From contig CAZCRD010000103.1 of the NCBI GenBank assembly GCA_964501025.1, forward strand, positions 3,412 through 67,411: a DNA stretch of 64,000 bases, given 5' to 3'. Of the stretch, positions 17,750-26,491 are shown piece by piece. Each line of letters begins with the position of its first letter. Position 1 is the stretch's first letter. Under the pieces are notes generated by a model that saw only the letters and a program-made list of their open reading frames with translations, was not told the origin of the DNA and did no database searches. The position numbers and the translations under genes are program-made. The DNA is from an uncultured Candidatus Cloacimonadota bacterium (lineage in GTDB: Bacteria; Cloacimonadota; Cloacimonadia; Cloacimonadales; Cloacimonadaceae).

Positions 17750-18091
17750 GAGGAGATAGTGATAAGCTGGATCTCGTATATGATGCTGTGGATAGCAATC
17801 TCACAGCTTCAGTTATGCTATTGGGGATCTCTTTCGAAGTGAGTGAGATCAATCATGAATTAGCTTCTGCTTCCAGCAAAAGCTCAACCCTCTCCCCCTT
17901 TACCAATACGGGATCAATACGGGTCAGATCCGTGTTGGTAGCGTAAACGTACTGTATTGATAAGGGGATGCACACAGCTTTGCAGACAGCTTGCTGAATG
18001 CTGGCGGATAATCTCAAAAACATATTTTTTGATCAATGAATGAGCTGCGCTGGATCATTGAGATACAAAATCTGTGATGACAGGAGAACTT

Positions 18092-18226
18092 ATGTCAAGA
18101 CAACAAGATAGAAACAAAGACAAAACAAAGGAGTATGCCCTGGCAGCGGGGGCTGTATTTATCCGGGTTGAGCTGGAGAAATTCACCATTCAAATAGTCA
18201 AATCCAAGCGAGCAAAACATGTCTGA
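18092..18226 (+). CDS. Candidate 44-aa ORF translationally coupled to the ATP-cone/nuclease gene
   Basis: AGGAG lies 6 nt before the ATG. Sequence MSRQQDRNKDKTKEYALAAGAVFIRVELEKFTIQIVKSKRAKHV. Its stop overlaps the downstream ATG (ATGTCTGA), and the downstream gene has no SD of its own. Confidence 0.4.
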   Translation: MSRQQDRNKDKTKEYALAAGAVFIRVELEKFTIQIVKSKRAKHV

Positions 18227-19085
18227 TAAACAGCACAACAACGAAGTCATCATCCAGAAAGCCTCAGGAAAGACAGAAGCTTTTGATGTACGCAAGCTAA
18301 AAACATCACTCAAAAATGCCGGAGCTAATGAAGATGCCATCTCCGAAGTGGTGAGTGATATTCAGAACTGGGTTTACGATGGAGTCACCACCGCCAAGAT
18401 CTATACTCGTGCCTTTCGCATATTCAGGCAGATAAGCACTGCGGGTGCATTGCTATACAACCTCAAAAAAGCTATACTGGACATGGGACCTACCGGATAT
18501 CCCTTTGAACATTTTGTGGGGGAACTCTTCCGGCGACAAGGCTACGAAGTGGAAGTAGGACTGGTAATGGAAGGAGCATCCGTAACTCACGAAATGGATG
18601 TAATTGCCAAAAAAGGCCGGGAGCAAATCTTGGGTGAGTGCAAATTCTCTCACAAACAAGGGCATAGCATCAGCATTCAGGTGCCCTTATACGTACATTC
18701 TCGGGTAAATGACATTGTGGAAAAACTCAAAGAAGAAAAAGCGAATCAAGATATCAATTTTACTGCCTGGATCTTTACCAATGGACGCTTCTCTGCTGAT
18801 TCCATCGAATATAGCAGATGCAAAGGAATCAAGCTCATGGGCTGGGATCATCCTCAAGGCCATGCTCTGAAAGATCTAATCGAGAGAGAAAGGATGTTCC
18901 CCATCACCATCCTCAGCAAGCTAAGCCTCAAGGATAAGAGTAGACTGATGCAGGATGGCATCGTTACCTGTGCTCAACTATTGGAGCAATCCGGAAAATT
19001 GGGAAACATGGGATTCAGTAAGAAAAAGCAGAATCTGATATTAAACGAGCTTAAAGAGCTGTCACGTAAAAGCATAAGCAAGTGA
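18219..19085 (+). CDS. ATP-cone domain / Mrr-like (PD-(D/E)xK) restriction-endonuclease-fold fusion protein
   Basis: The N-terminus (VIIQKASGKTEAFDVRKLKTSLKNAG...AKIYTRAF) fits the ATP-cone pattern. The centre (FEHFVGELFRRQGYEV...THEMDVIAKKG...LGECKF) fits an Mrr_cat-type D...E.K nuclease core. Confidence 0.7.
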   Translation: MSDKQHNNEVIIQKASGKTEAFDVRKLKTSLKNAGANEDAISEVVSDIQNWVYDGVTTAKIYTRAFRIFRQISTAGALLYNLKKAILDMGPTGYPFEHFVGELFRRQGYEVEVGLVMEGASVTHEMDVIAKKGREQILGECKFSHKQGHSISIQVPLYVHSRVNDIVEKLKEEKANQDINFTAWIFTNGRFSADSIEYSRCKGIKLMGWDHPQGHALKDLIERERMFPITILSKLSLKDKSRLMQDGIVTCAQLLEQSGKLGNMGFSKKKQNLILNELKELSRKSISK

Positions 19086-19092
19086 GGTTGAG

Positions 19093-20865
19093 ATGGATCC
19101 AATTCTGGTATTTGTCACATTGGGCTTGGCCCTGATCATGTTCATCTGGGGAAAGATCCGCTATGACTTTGTAGCGCTTTCCGCCTTGTTTCTACTCGTC
19201 GTTGTGGGGATTATCCCGCCTGAACAAGCATTTGCTGGATTTGCTCATACAGCGGTGATTACTGTGGCCGCAGTGATGATCATCGGAGAAGGCATGCTGA
19301 GCTCCGGTGTAATCGATGTGGTGGCCAAGTATTTGCAAAAAATCGGTGATAGCTTCTTTACGCAGATTCTTGTATTGTGCCTCATTACAGCTCTTGCTTC
19401 CGCTTTCATAAACAATGTAGGTGCCCTGGCAATCATGATGCCGGTGGCAATCAAGCTTTCCCGAAACAGCAACAGATCCCCTTCTGCAATCCTGATGCCT
19501 TTGGCTTTTTCCTCACTCTTGGGCGGTATGACCACCTTGGTTGGAACCCCGCCGAATATCATAATTGCATCTCTAAGACAAGAAGCTTTGGGCAAATCGT
19601 TCAGTATGTTTGACTTTTCACCTGTAGGTCTGCCCCTGGCCGGTGCGGGCATCTTGTTCATGGCAGCTGTGGGCTGGAGATTGGTCCCCTTGCGCAAGGC
19701 CAAGCCGGATGATGAAGATCTGTTTAAGATTGAAGACTTCATCACCGAAGTGCAACTAACCGAAGAAAGTGAGATCATCGGCAAATCAATCCAGGAATTG
19801 AGAGATAGCGAGGATTACGAGATCAATATTTTGAGTCTGGTGCGTAACAAACTGCGCATAAACGTACCCAAAGCCAGCGAAACTCTCCAGGAAGGGGATA
19901 TCATTGTCCTCGAATCAGATTCGGAAAACCTGAAGACATTCCTTGATACAGGTAAAGTAACACTGGTGGGAGATCCCAAATCGGAAGATAAAGAAAAGAC
20001 TTCAGCATCCAGTAAACTCACAATCCGCGAAGTGGTGATGCTGGATAGTTCCCGCTTAATCGGCAAGACAGCTGCCAGCATTTACATGCGGGATCGCTAT
20101 GGCGCTAATCTTTTGGCTATTGCCCGAGCTAACCGGAGAATAGTCAAACGCATCGACCATACCAGGTTTAAGGCCGGTGATGTGTTGCTACTGCAAGGCA
20201 GTGAAGACAGATTGAGTGATAGCATCATCAGAATGGGTTGCCTGCCGCTATCGGATCGGAATATTCGCATCGGTCATCCGCAAAGGATAATCAGTGCTCT
20301 GCTGATCTTTGGTGCTGCCATCACCGCTTTGCTCACAGGTTTTTTGCCGGTGCAGATCGCTTTTTCACTGGCTGCGTTGCTCTTTGTGTTTAGTGGCATT
20401 GTTTCTTTCCGGGAAGTATATGAAAACATCAATTGGCCAATCATCGTGCTCCTGGCAGCCATGATACCCGTGGGAATGGCTCTGGAAAGCTCCGGTGCAG
20501 CAGATATGATAGCATCAAACATTGTAAAACATGGTGCCAATCTGGCTGTTTGGCAGATTATCGGCGGGATCATGCTAATCTCCATGTTGCTCTCAAATGT
20601 GGTGAACAACGCTGCCACTGCAGTACTGATGGCACCGATTGCCTTGAAGATCGCCGGCGGTCTCCAGCTCTCTCCTGATGCCTTTCTGATGGCAATTGCC
20701 ATCGGTGCTTCCTCTGCTTTTCTTACCCCCATCGGGCATCAATCAAACACATTGGTGATGAGCCCCGGAGGATACAAGTTCAGCGATTACTGGCGCTTGG
20801 GACTGCCCATCCAGATCCTCGTTCTCTGTCTGGGAACGCTGGTTATCCTTTCTGTATGGCTTTGA
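19093..20865 (+). CDS. SLC13/DASS-family anion permease with two internal TrkA-C (RCK_C) domains
   Basis: 590 aa with polytopic N- and C-terminal halves. Central soluble region has two TrkA-C-like repeats (GKSIQELR...GDIIVLESD; GKTAASIYMR...GDVLLLQGS). Confidence 0.8.
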   Translation: MDPILVFVTLGLALIMFIWGKIRYDFVALSALFLLVVVGIIPPEQAFAGFAHTAVITVAAVMIIGEGMLSSGVIDVVAKYLQKIGDSFFTQILVLCLITALASAFINNVGALAIMMPVAIKLSRNSNRSPSAILMPLAFSSLLGGMTTLVGTPPNIIIASLRQEALGKSFSMFDFSPVGLPLAGAGILFMAAVGWRLVPLRKAKPDDEDLFKIEDFITEVQLTEESEIIGKSIQELRDSEDYEINILSLVRNKLRINVPKASETLQEGDIIVLESDSENLKTFLDTGKVTLVGDPKSEDKEKTSASSKLTIREVVMLDSSRLIGKTAASIYMRDRYGANLLAIARANRRIVKRIDHTRFKAGDVLLLQGSEDRLSDSIIRMGCLPLSDRNIRIGHPQRIISALLIFGAAITALLTGFLPVQIAFSLAALLFVFSGIVSFREVYENINWPIIVLLAAMIPVGMALESSGAADMIASNIVKHGANLAVWQIIGGIMLISMLLSNVVNNAATAVLMAPIALKIAGGLQLSPDAFLMAIAIGASSAFLTPIGHQSNTLVMSPGGYKFSDYWRLGLPIQILVLCLGTLVILSVWL

Positions 20866-21210
20866 ACTTTGTAAGAGGGTGATCCAAAAACCAGAGCCAG
20901 TCCTTTCAGCACTAACCCCTGTCTCACAGCTTTCTTGCTTAGATGAGGTAAGTTATAAAGCGCATAGAATCAAGGGCGATTGATATTTGGTAAATCCTGA
21001 TCCGGCTTCGGGGAAACCATATTTGCTGGCTTCACGGAATTAACAGGAGATATGAAGTGGATTCTAAAACCTGTCAGCACAAAATCGTACTGCTGAAGTA
21101 ACAAAGGTTCTTTGAGATCATGGGATAGTCCTGCGTCATCTCATTGGGAGCCCACCCGGATGCTGGCTCTCATATGGTCTCAAAGTTGAGGTAGCTCAGC
21201 ATATTACAAA

Positions 21211-21654
21211 TCAATATCTTTTCAGATGGCAACTTTGGCTGTAAGTCTCTCCGGGACGCAGATAGTCAGCCAGCTCAGGATCAAATTCGATCAGGGTATA
21301 ATCCGGATCGTCATAACCGCTGAAGTATTGGTCAAAAAAGAAGCAGCGCTCGGAGGCTTCGGCCTTGAGCGCTGCATTTGTCACAATTTTGGCACTGCCA
21401 CTGAGCCGGATATAGCCGGTGTGACCATCTTCGGTCAGGGGGATACAAATCTCTACCAGTTTGTTGTTCTGAATCTGAGCTACCTTAGAATCTGAGCTAA
21501 AAGTGGCAAAGAAATAGCGCTCATCATACAGAAAAAGCACCACCGGACGCACGCGGGCTTGTTTTTTATCGGATGTGGCCAGATAAACATATTGGTTTTG
21601 CCGGATCCATGCCATTAGTTCTTGCTGCAATTGAGATTCGTTTGTGCGTGCCAT
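21211..21654 (-). CDS. Pyridoxamine 5'-phosphate oxidase-like FMN-binding family protein
   Basis: 147 aa. The YVYLATSDKKQARVRPVVLF pattern is typical of the PNPOx-like split-barrel family. Confidence 0.55.
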   Translation of the reverse strand: MARTNESQLQQELMAWIRQNQYVYLATSDKKQARVRPVVLFLYDERYFFATFSSDSKVAQIQNNKLVEICIPLTEDGHTGYIRLSGSAKIVTNAALKAEASERCFFFDQYFSGYDDPDYTLIEFDPELADYLRPGETYSQSCHLKRY

Positions 21655-21667
21655 TGAGTATTATCCT

Positions 21668-22525
21668 TTATTTGGGAAAAGAGATACCTGTGATGAAGGC
21701 TTGATTTTCTGCTTTGGGATTGTCTCTTTCGTCCCGGGGAAGCTGTTCGATCTCATGTACATTGTCCATGCCGGAGGTGACCTTGCCAAAAACGGTGTGC
21801 TTACCATTGAGCCAGGGTGTGCCACCTTCTTTGGTAACGATAAAGAATTGGCTGCCATTGGTATTGGGGCCGCTATTTGCCATGGCGATATTGCCATAAA
21901 GCACTGGAGCTTTGAGGATTTTGTGGTGTACTGCTTCCTCGTGTCCAGCGAGTTGTGCATAATATTCCACAGTGTTTTCCATGATCGGCTCGAGGCTTCT
22001 GGATTCCTGGCATTCTTTTACCAGGGCTGCGATTTCGGCATTGGGGGTGCGATTTTGCTGCATGTGCGGGACAATGATCTGAGTCCAGACCAATTCGGCA
22101 TCAGCTTCGGAGGCAATCTTGCCTGTGAGTGGCTCACCATCTTCGTAGCATTCGTCGTCAATCATGTATCCAGGTCCACCCTGTCCGTCGTTCATGCGAT
22201 TGTCATCCTTGGTATTGGGACATCCACCCTGAATCATAAAATCCGGGATCACGCGGTGGAAATAGGTGTCGTTGTAAAAACCATCACCGGCAAGTGTGAT
22301 GAAGTTTTGCACGGTTTTGGGTGCCAAATCCGGCCACAATTCCAATTCAATCTCACCATAAGTGGTGTTGATTATTGCTTTTACTGTATTTTGAACGGCT
22401 TCGTTCACGGGTTCCTCCTTATCAGGTGTTTCTGGGCTTCTGTTTTGGGTATAAAGCAGGGTTAATCCCAAAATCAGGATAGCCGGAATCAAGATCAGCG
22501 CGAGATAATTTGCTTTGAGTTTCAT
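21668..22525 (-). CDS. Membrane-anchored cyclophilin-type peptidyl-prolyl isomerase with a ~75-aa insertion
   Basis: FHRVIPDFMIQGG, GGPGY and IAMANSGPNTNGSQFFI...LNGKHTVFGKV motifs. N-terminal TM/signal anchor. Extra segment between GGPGYMIDDE and GNIAMAN. Confidence 0.88.
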   Translation of the reverse strand: MKLKANYLALILIPAILILGLTLLYTQNRSPETPDKEEPVNEAVQNTVKAIINTTYGEIELELWPDLAPKTVQNFITLAGDGFYNDTYFHRVIPDFMIQGGCPNTKDDNRMNDGQGGPGYMIDDECYEDGEPLTGKIASEADAELVWTQIIVPHMQQNRTPNAEIAALVKECQESRSLEPIMENTVEYYAQLAGHEEAVHHKILKAPVLYGNIAMANSGPNTNGSQFFIVTKEGGTPWLNGKHTVFGKVTSGMDNVHEIEQLPRDERDNPKAENQAFITGISFPK

Positions 22526-23274
22526 GCTGGGTCTCCTTTTTTCTTGTTATAGATTTTGTTCTGGATATTTCCAGAGTTGATTTCAATGTAAGAGTGGTGA
22601 GATATCCAATCACCGGAATTGGCATAAACACCATCGGAAATCTCGAGTAATTCCGGATTGTGACTGTGTCCCATAATCACAAAATCTGCCCGTCCGCTAT
22701 CAATCAGTTTGCGAGCATAGCTTCTCAAACCCACGTTTTTCCGGACTCTTAGCGGAGGGGGGTCTTTGCGAGCGCGGCTGCTGCGGGACATTCTGCTGCC
22801 CAAGCCCAAGGCGAGATCAGGATGCAGCAAGCCAAAGATCTTTTTCATCAGGGGCAGCCTGATCAAGCGGCGGAAGACCTGATAGCGTATGTCGTTGACG
22901 GTATGGGTATCGCCATGACAGACGTAAATCTTCTTGCCATCAGCCTCAATCTCGAAAGCGTCGGATCTTAGCTCAATGCCCAGATAGTTCGGCAAAAAAT
23001 CGCCAAACCAAAAGTCGTGATTGCCGCTGATATACACAATCCGGCAGCCACTTTGGCTAAGCTCATAGAGCTTGACCAACAAGGGGAAATACTGTTTGAT
23101 GATGGTATATTGCCAATCGTACCAGAGATCAAAGATATCTCCGGCAAGGATCAAGAGCTCATATCTGCCTTTGGCCTGCTCCAGAAAGTCTATGACCAGA
23201 TCTACATTTTCCTGATCCTCGAGCGAGGGTTTGCTGTATTTGCAATGCAAATCAGATATCACGCAGATCCGCAT
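22522..23274 (-). CDS. lpxH: LpxH-like UDP-2,3-diacylglucosamine diphosphatase (calcineurin-like metallophosphoesterase)
   Basis: ISDLH, AGDIFDLW, SGNHDFW, HGD and GHSH motifs in LpxH order and spacing. Confidence 0.65.
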   Translation of the reverse strand: MRICVISDLHCKYSKPSLEDQENVDLVIDFLEQAKGRYELLILAGDIFDLWYDWQYTIIKQYFPLLVKLYELSQSGCRIVYISGNHDFWFGDFLPNYLGIELRSDAFEIEADGKKIYVCHGDTHTVNDIRYQVFRRLIRLPLMKKIFGLLHPDLALGLGSRMSRSSRARKDPPPLRVRKNVGLRSYARKLIDSGRADFVIMGHSHNPELLEISDGVYANSGDWISHHSYIEINSGNIQNKIYNKKKGDPA

Positions 23275-23275
23275 A

Positions 23276-23992
23276 TCACTTCTCCATCATGTAATGGATG
23301 ATATTGAGCCCAAAGCGCAAAGCAATCTGCCTTAGCTGAGGAGGATTATCGTGAGTATCAGGATCCGCCCAGCCATCACTGATATTGGTTTCATAGGTAT
23401 ATAGCATCATCATGCGGCCATCGTCGTCAAACATGGCAAAGGCCTGGGGAGGCTTGTCGTCATGCACATGGATTTTGGGCAAGCCGCTGGAGTAATCATA
23501 GTAGGAGGTAAACAGAGGATGCGAAGAATCGATCTCGATCAGCTCCCGCTCGGGAAAGATGCGTTTGATCTCCCTGCGAAAGCTGTTATCCATGCCATAG
23601 TCATCATCAGCATAGAGAAAACCACCTCGCAACATCCAGAGCCGCAGATTGTTGATTTCAGTATCAGAAAAACGGATGTTGCCATGACCGGTCATATACA
23701 CGAAGGGAAAATCAAAGATTCTGGTATCTGAGGCTTTGACCACAGTCTGATCGATCGGAATGGTAGCTGAGAGCTCTTGATTGACGAATTTGGCGAGATT
23801 GGGCAAGACTTCAGGATCGTTGTACCAATCCCCTCCCCCATCATACTGAAGCCGGGCAAAGCCGGTTTTTACCGGACTATCAAGGCCGGCAAGCTGAGAG
23901 ATGGCTGCCAGGCAGATCATGGCATACAGGAGCAAGATCTTGCCATGCGGTGCAGTATGTGGGCTCTGCAGGGGCATATCAAGTAGCCTCAA
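23276..23992 (-). CDS. DUF4159-domain protein
   Basis: LQYDGGGDWYNDP...FVYMTGHG...LRLWMLRGGFLYADDDYG pattern as remembered for DUF4159. N-terminal hydrophobic segment. Confidence 0.55.
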   Translation of the reverse strand: MRLLDMPLQSPHTAPHGKILLLYAMICLAAISQLAGLDSPVKTGFARLQYDGGGDWYNDPEVLPNLAKFVNQELSATIPIDQTVVKASDTRIFDFPFVYMTGHGNIRFSDTEINNLRLWMLRGGFLYADDDYGMDNSFRREIKRIFPERELIEIDSSHPLFTSYYDYSSGLPKIHVHDDKPPQAFAMFDDDGRMMMLYTYETNISDGWADPDTHDNPPQLRQIALRFGLNIIHYMMEK

Positions 23993-25398
23993 TTGAGGAT
24001 TTTGAGCTGGACACAGATCAAGCCGTCATCCACGATGGCATAAAAGCAATTTGCATAGTTATCGTATGCAGACATACTGTGGATGTTTTCTTTGAAGGTG
24101 ATGGTAGATAGGTTCTCTCCCCGGAAGGCATCGAGGATAGTGATAAATCTGGCTGAGGGTACGACGGTGATGGCGCGATCCAGGCGAGGATCGTCTTCCG
24201 GTCCCACCCTGCTGGGACTCAAAGCTCCGGCATCCCAAAGGGGACTCATGAGCTCTCCTTCCCACAGCATAGTGCCATCGTCTTTGAAGCCATAGCCCAT
24301 ATCTTTTTTCAGGCAGACCAAAAGCACATTGTCAGCATAATAAATGGCGTTGATATGCTCTTCAAAGGACTTCATCCATTTAAGCTCGCGGCTTTTCTTG
24401 TCAAAAGCGATCAGATTCTTATCTGCCGCCAGGAAAATGGTATTGAAGCTAAAGACAGGAGCGCTGGACACCTGGTAGGGCAAGGTGGCACTCCAAAAGA
24501 TATCCAGCTCAATATTGCGAGCAGGCAGATTCACGATCCGTTCCAGATACTTGAGGAAGTTTTGAGTTTCGATTGAGAGGTTGTTTGGGATCTGATCCAA
24601 TTTCAAAGCGGGATTGTGCTGTACATTCATCTTGGTGCGATGCATGGCTTGCTCCAGAAAACGATTGCCAAAGAGCATATAGGCCGTGGCAGCCAGGGTG
24701 AGTACAATGACCACGATTGCGCTGATGTGCAATTTGCTCAGTTTTTTGCGATGGGATTTGAGCAAGCGCGTCCTGCCATCCAAAATCAGCCAGAGGGGAT
24801 TCTCGGATTGGGAAAAGCTCTCGATATAGTGATCCAAAGTAGCCAGATCGCTCTGAGTATCAAATACCTGAGCCCAGAGATTGCCACTGAGTGCGATAAA
24901 ACGATGGTTTCCTCCGATGAAGATGCGTTGCACCCGAATCTTGATATCCTGATCGGCATAGCCCAAAAGATTGAGCTTCTGCAGGGTCTGCATCCTGTGT
25001 TCACGGTAGCTTGCACCCACATGGTGAAGCTTATTGCCATCAGATAAGGCGCAGAAAATGCGACCAAACTGCACAAAAAAGAGCTCGTGATCGTAAATGA
25101 TGCCACAGAATACTGAGAGTCCCTTTTCCTGCAGATCTGTCTTGATGAGATGAGCATGCATCTTCCAGTGCAAATCAGCAAAGAAGCTCTTGAGCCATTT
25201 TTCCACTTCCATGCGGCTGATGGTGTTGGCCGGTGAATTGCGCAAAGCAAGCTTGAGCTCTGCCCCCAGCTCTTCCAGATGCAGGTTTTCCTCCGGATGC
25301 CACATAGCCAAAAACCAGCCATAGCGCCCATCCTGACTGAGATTGGATTCCACCAAGCTATAAGGAGGATTGAAATGCGCGCTTTGCAGGGCAATCAT
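23989..25398 (-). CDS. Hypothetical single-pass membrane protein (cytoplasmic N-domain, TM, periplasmic beta-propeller-like C-domain)
   Basis: 469 aa with a central TM segment (ISAIVVIVLTLAATAYMLF). No confidently assignable motifs. ATGA overlap with the downstream gene. Confidence 0.55.
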   Translation of the reverse strand: MIALQSAHFNPPYSLVESNLSQDGRYGWFLAMWHPEENLHLEELGAELKLALRNSPANTISRMEVEKWLKSFFADLHWKMHAHLIKTDLQEKGLSVFCGIIYDHELFFVQFGRIFCALSDGNKLHHVGASYREHRMQTLQKLNLLGYADQDIKIRVQRIFIGGNHRFIALSGNLWAQVFDTQSDLATLDHYIESFSQSENPLWLILDGRTRLLKSHRKKLSKLHISAIVVIVLTLAATAYMLFGNRFLEQAMHRTKMNVQHNPALKLDQIPNNLSIETQNFLKYLERIVNLPARNIELDIFWSATLPYQVSSAPVFSFNTIFLAADKNLIAFDKKSRELKWMKSFEEHINAIYYADNVLLVCLKKDMGYGFKDDGTMLWEGELMSPLWDAGALSPSRVGPEDDPRLDRAITVVPSARFITILDAFRGENLSTITFKENIHSMSAYDNYANCFYAIVDDGLICVQLKILN

Positions 25399-25399
25399 A

Positions 25400-26482
25400 T
25401 CAGCTCCACCACTTGATAAAGCTGCGATAGCTCACTCTGAGCAGGGTGGGAAGATTCATCAGCATATTGGTGTAAGAAGCATTGGCAAGAGGACACCAGC
25501 ATTCACCGCGGTGTATGCTCTTGCGATCTTTCCTGGCTTTTGGAGACCACCATACTTTGCCAAACTTGTATTTACTGTCTCGCAGATTGCCCAGCGATTT
25601 TGCCCTTACACAGCAGCTCCAGACATCCCCATCCGGAGAGATCTGAGCCGATGCCACTCCAGAATAGCATGGTATCACCTGTTTTTCGTCCCGCATGATC
25701 TCTTTCACCAGATTGTAATACTCGAGCCTGAACGCCATAGTGATCTTGCTGAAGCCTTTGGGTCGCTCGTTTTTGATGCGGTGGATCAGGTAGTCGATGG
25801 CGGATTTGTATGCCACTTTGCCAGGAGTGATATCCATGCCCACGGTATCCAGTTCCACTCTCTCTTCGGCAATCTCGGTGATATAGTTATCCGGCTCCAG
25901 GCGCAGCAGTTCATTGGCCACAGAGTAAAAGCTCTCCACATTGAATCTGGAGATTACCGTGTGGATCCCCACCGAAAGATTGGGTTGAGAAAGGGCTTTC
26001 AACTTGTTGAAGGTAGACACGGCCTTGTTGTAATTTCCTGGTACATTGCGGATCTCATCGTGTTGCTCTTCGATGCCATCGATAGAGACATTTATCACCA
26101 CCCGCGCCTTGGGGCAGGCTTTTGCAATGGCAGCAGTCTTTTCCACGATGGTGTTGACCAGAAGCCCATTGGTCGGGATGTTTATGATGCGAGGACGGGA
26201 GATATTGTAGATGGTGGAAACTACTTCCACGATATCTCTACGCAGGAAGGGCTCACCCCCGCTAAAGGTGATCCAATATGGACTGTGGCCGATGCTTTTG
26301 AAGATCTTGGCATATTCTTCCACGCTCAGATTGCGGGCTTTCTTTTTCCAGATCCGGCAGGTGCTGCAACGTGAATTGCAGGTATATAGCAAACTAACAG
26401 TATAATTCATCGGATTAAGGCGAGGGAAACCAAGATGTTTCATAAGCCAGTAGCCGATGATGCGAAACATGATCTTTAACAT
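25400..26482 (-). CDS. Radical SAM enzyme with a SPASM-type C-terminal Cys cluster and an N-terminal hydrophobic anchor
   Basis: CNSRCSTC (CxxxCxxC) with FSGGEPFLR. C-terminal CYSGV...SPDGDVWSCC...GECWCP auxiliary-cluster cysteines. Hydrophobic N-terminus MLKIMFRIIGYWLM. Confidence 0.8.
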   Translation of the reverse strand: MLKIMFRIIGYWLMKHLGFPRLNPMNYTVSLLYTCNSRCSTCRIWKKKARNLSVEEYAKIFKSIGHSPYWITFSGGEPFLRRDIVEVVSTIYNISRPRIINIPTNGLLVNTIVEKTAAIAKACPKARVVINVSIDGIEEQHDEIRNVPGNYNKAVSTFNKLKALSQPNLSVGIHTVISRFNVESFYSVANELLRLEPDNYITEIAEERVELDTVGMDITPGKVAYKSAIDYLIHRIKNERPKGFSKITMAFRLEYYNLVKEIMRDEKQVIPCYSGVASAQISPDGDVWSCCVRAKSLGNLRDSKYKFGKVWWSPKARKDRKSIHRGECWCPLANASYTNMLMNLPTLLRVSYRSFIKWWS

Positions 26483-26491
26483 GAATATCCT

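Noticed and set aside
21644-22465. 273-aa plus-strand ORF
   Set aside because: Antisense to the cyclophilin gene, which has canonical motifs. No RBS and no motifs.
25370-26374. 334-aa plus-strand ORF
   Set aside because: Antisense to the radical SAM/SPASM gene; shadow ORF. The same reasoning applies to the other long antisense ORFs at 60183-61088, 58717-59424, 54427-55170, 52306-52974, 44187-44957, 9287-10012 and 6960-7565.
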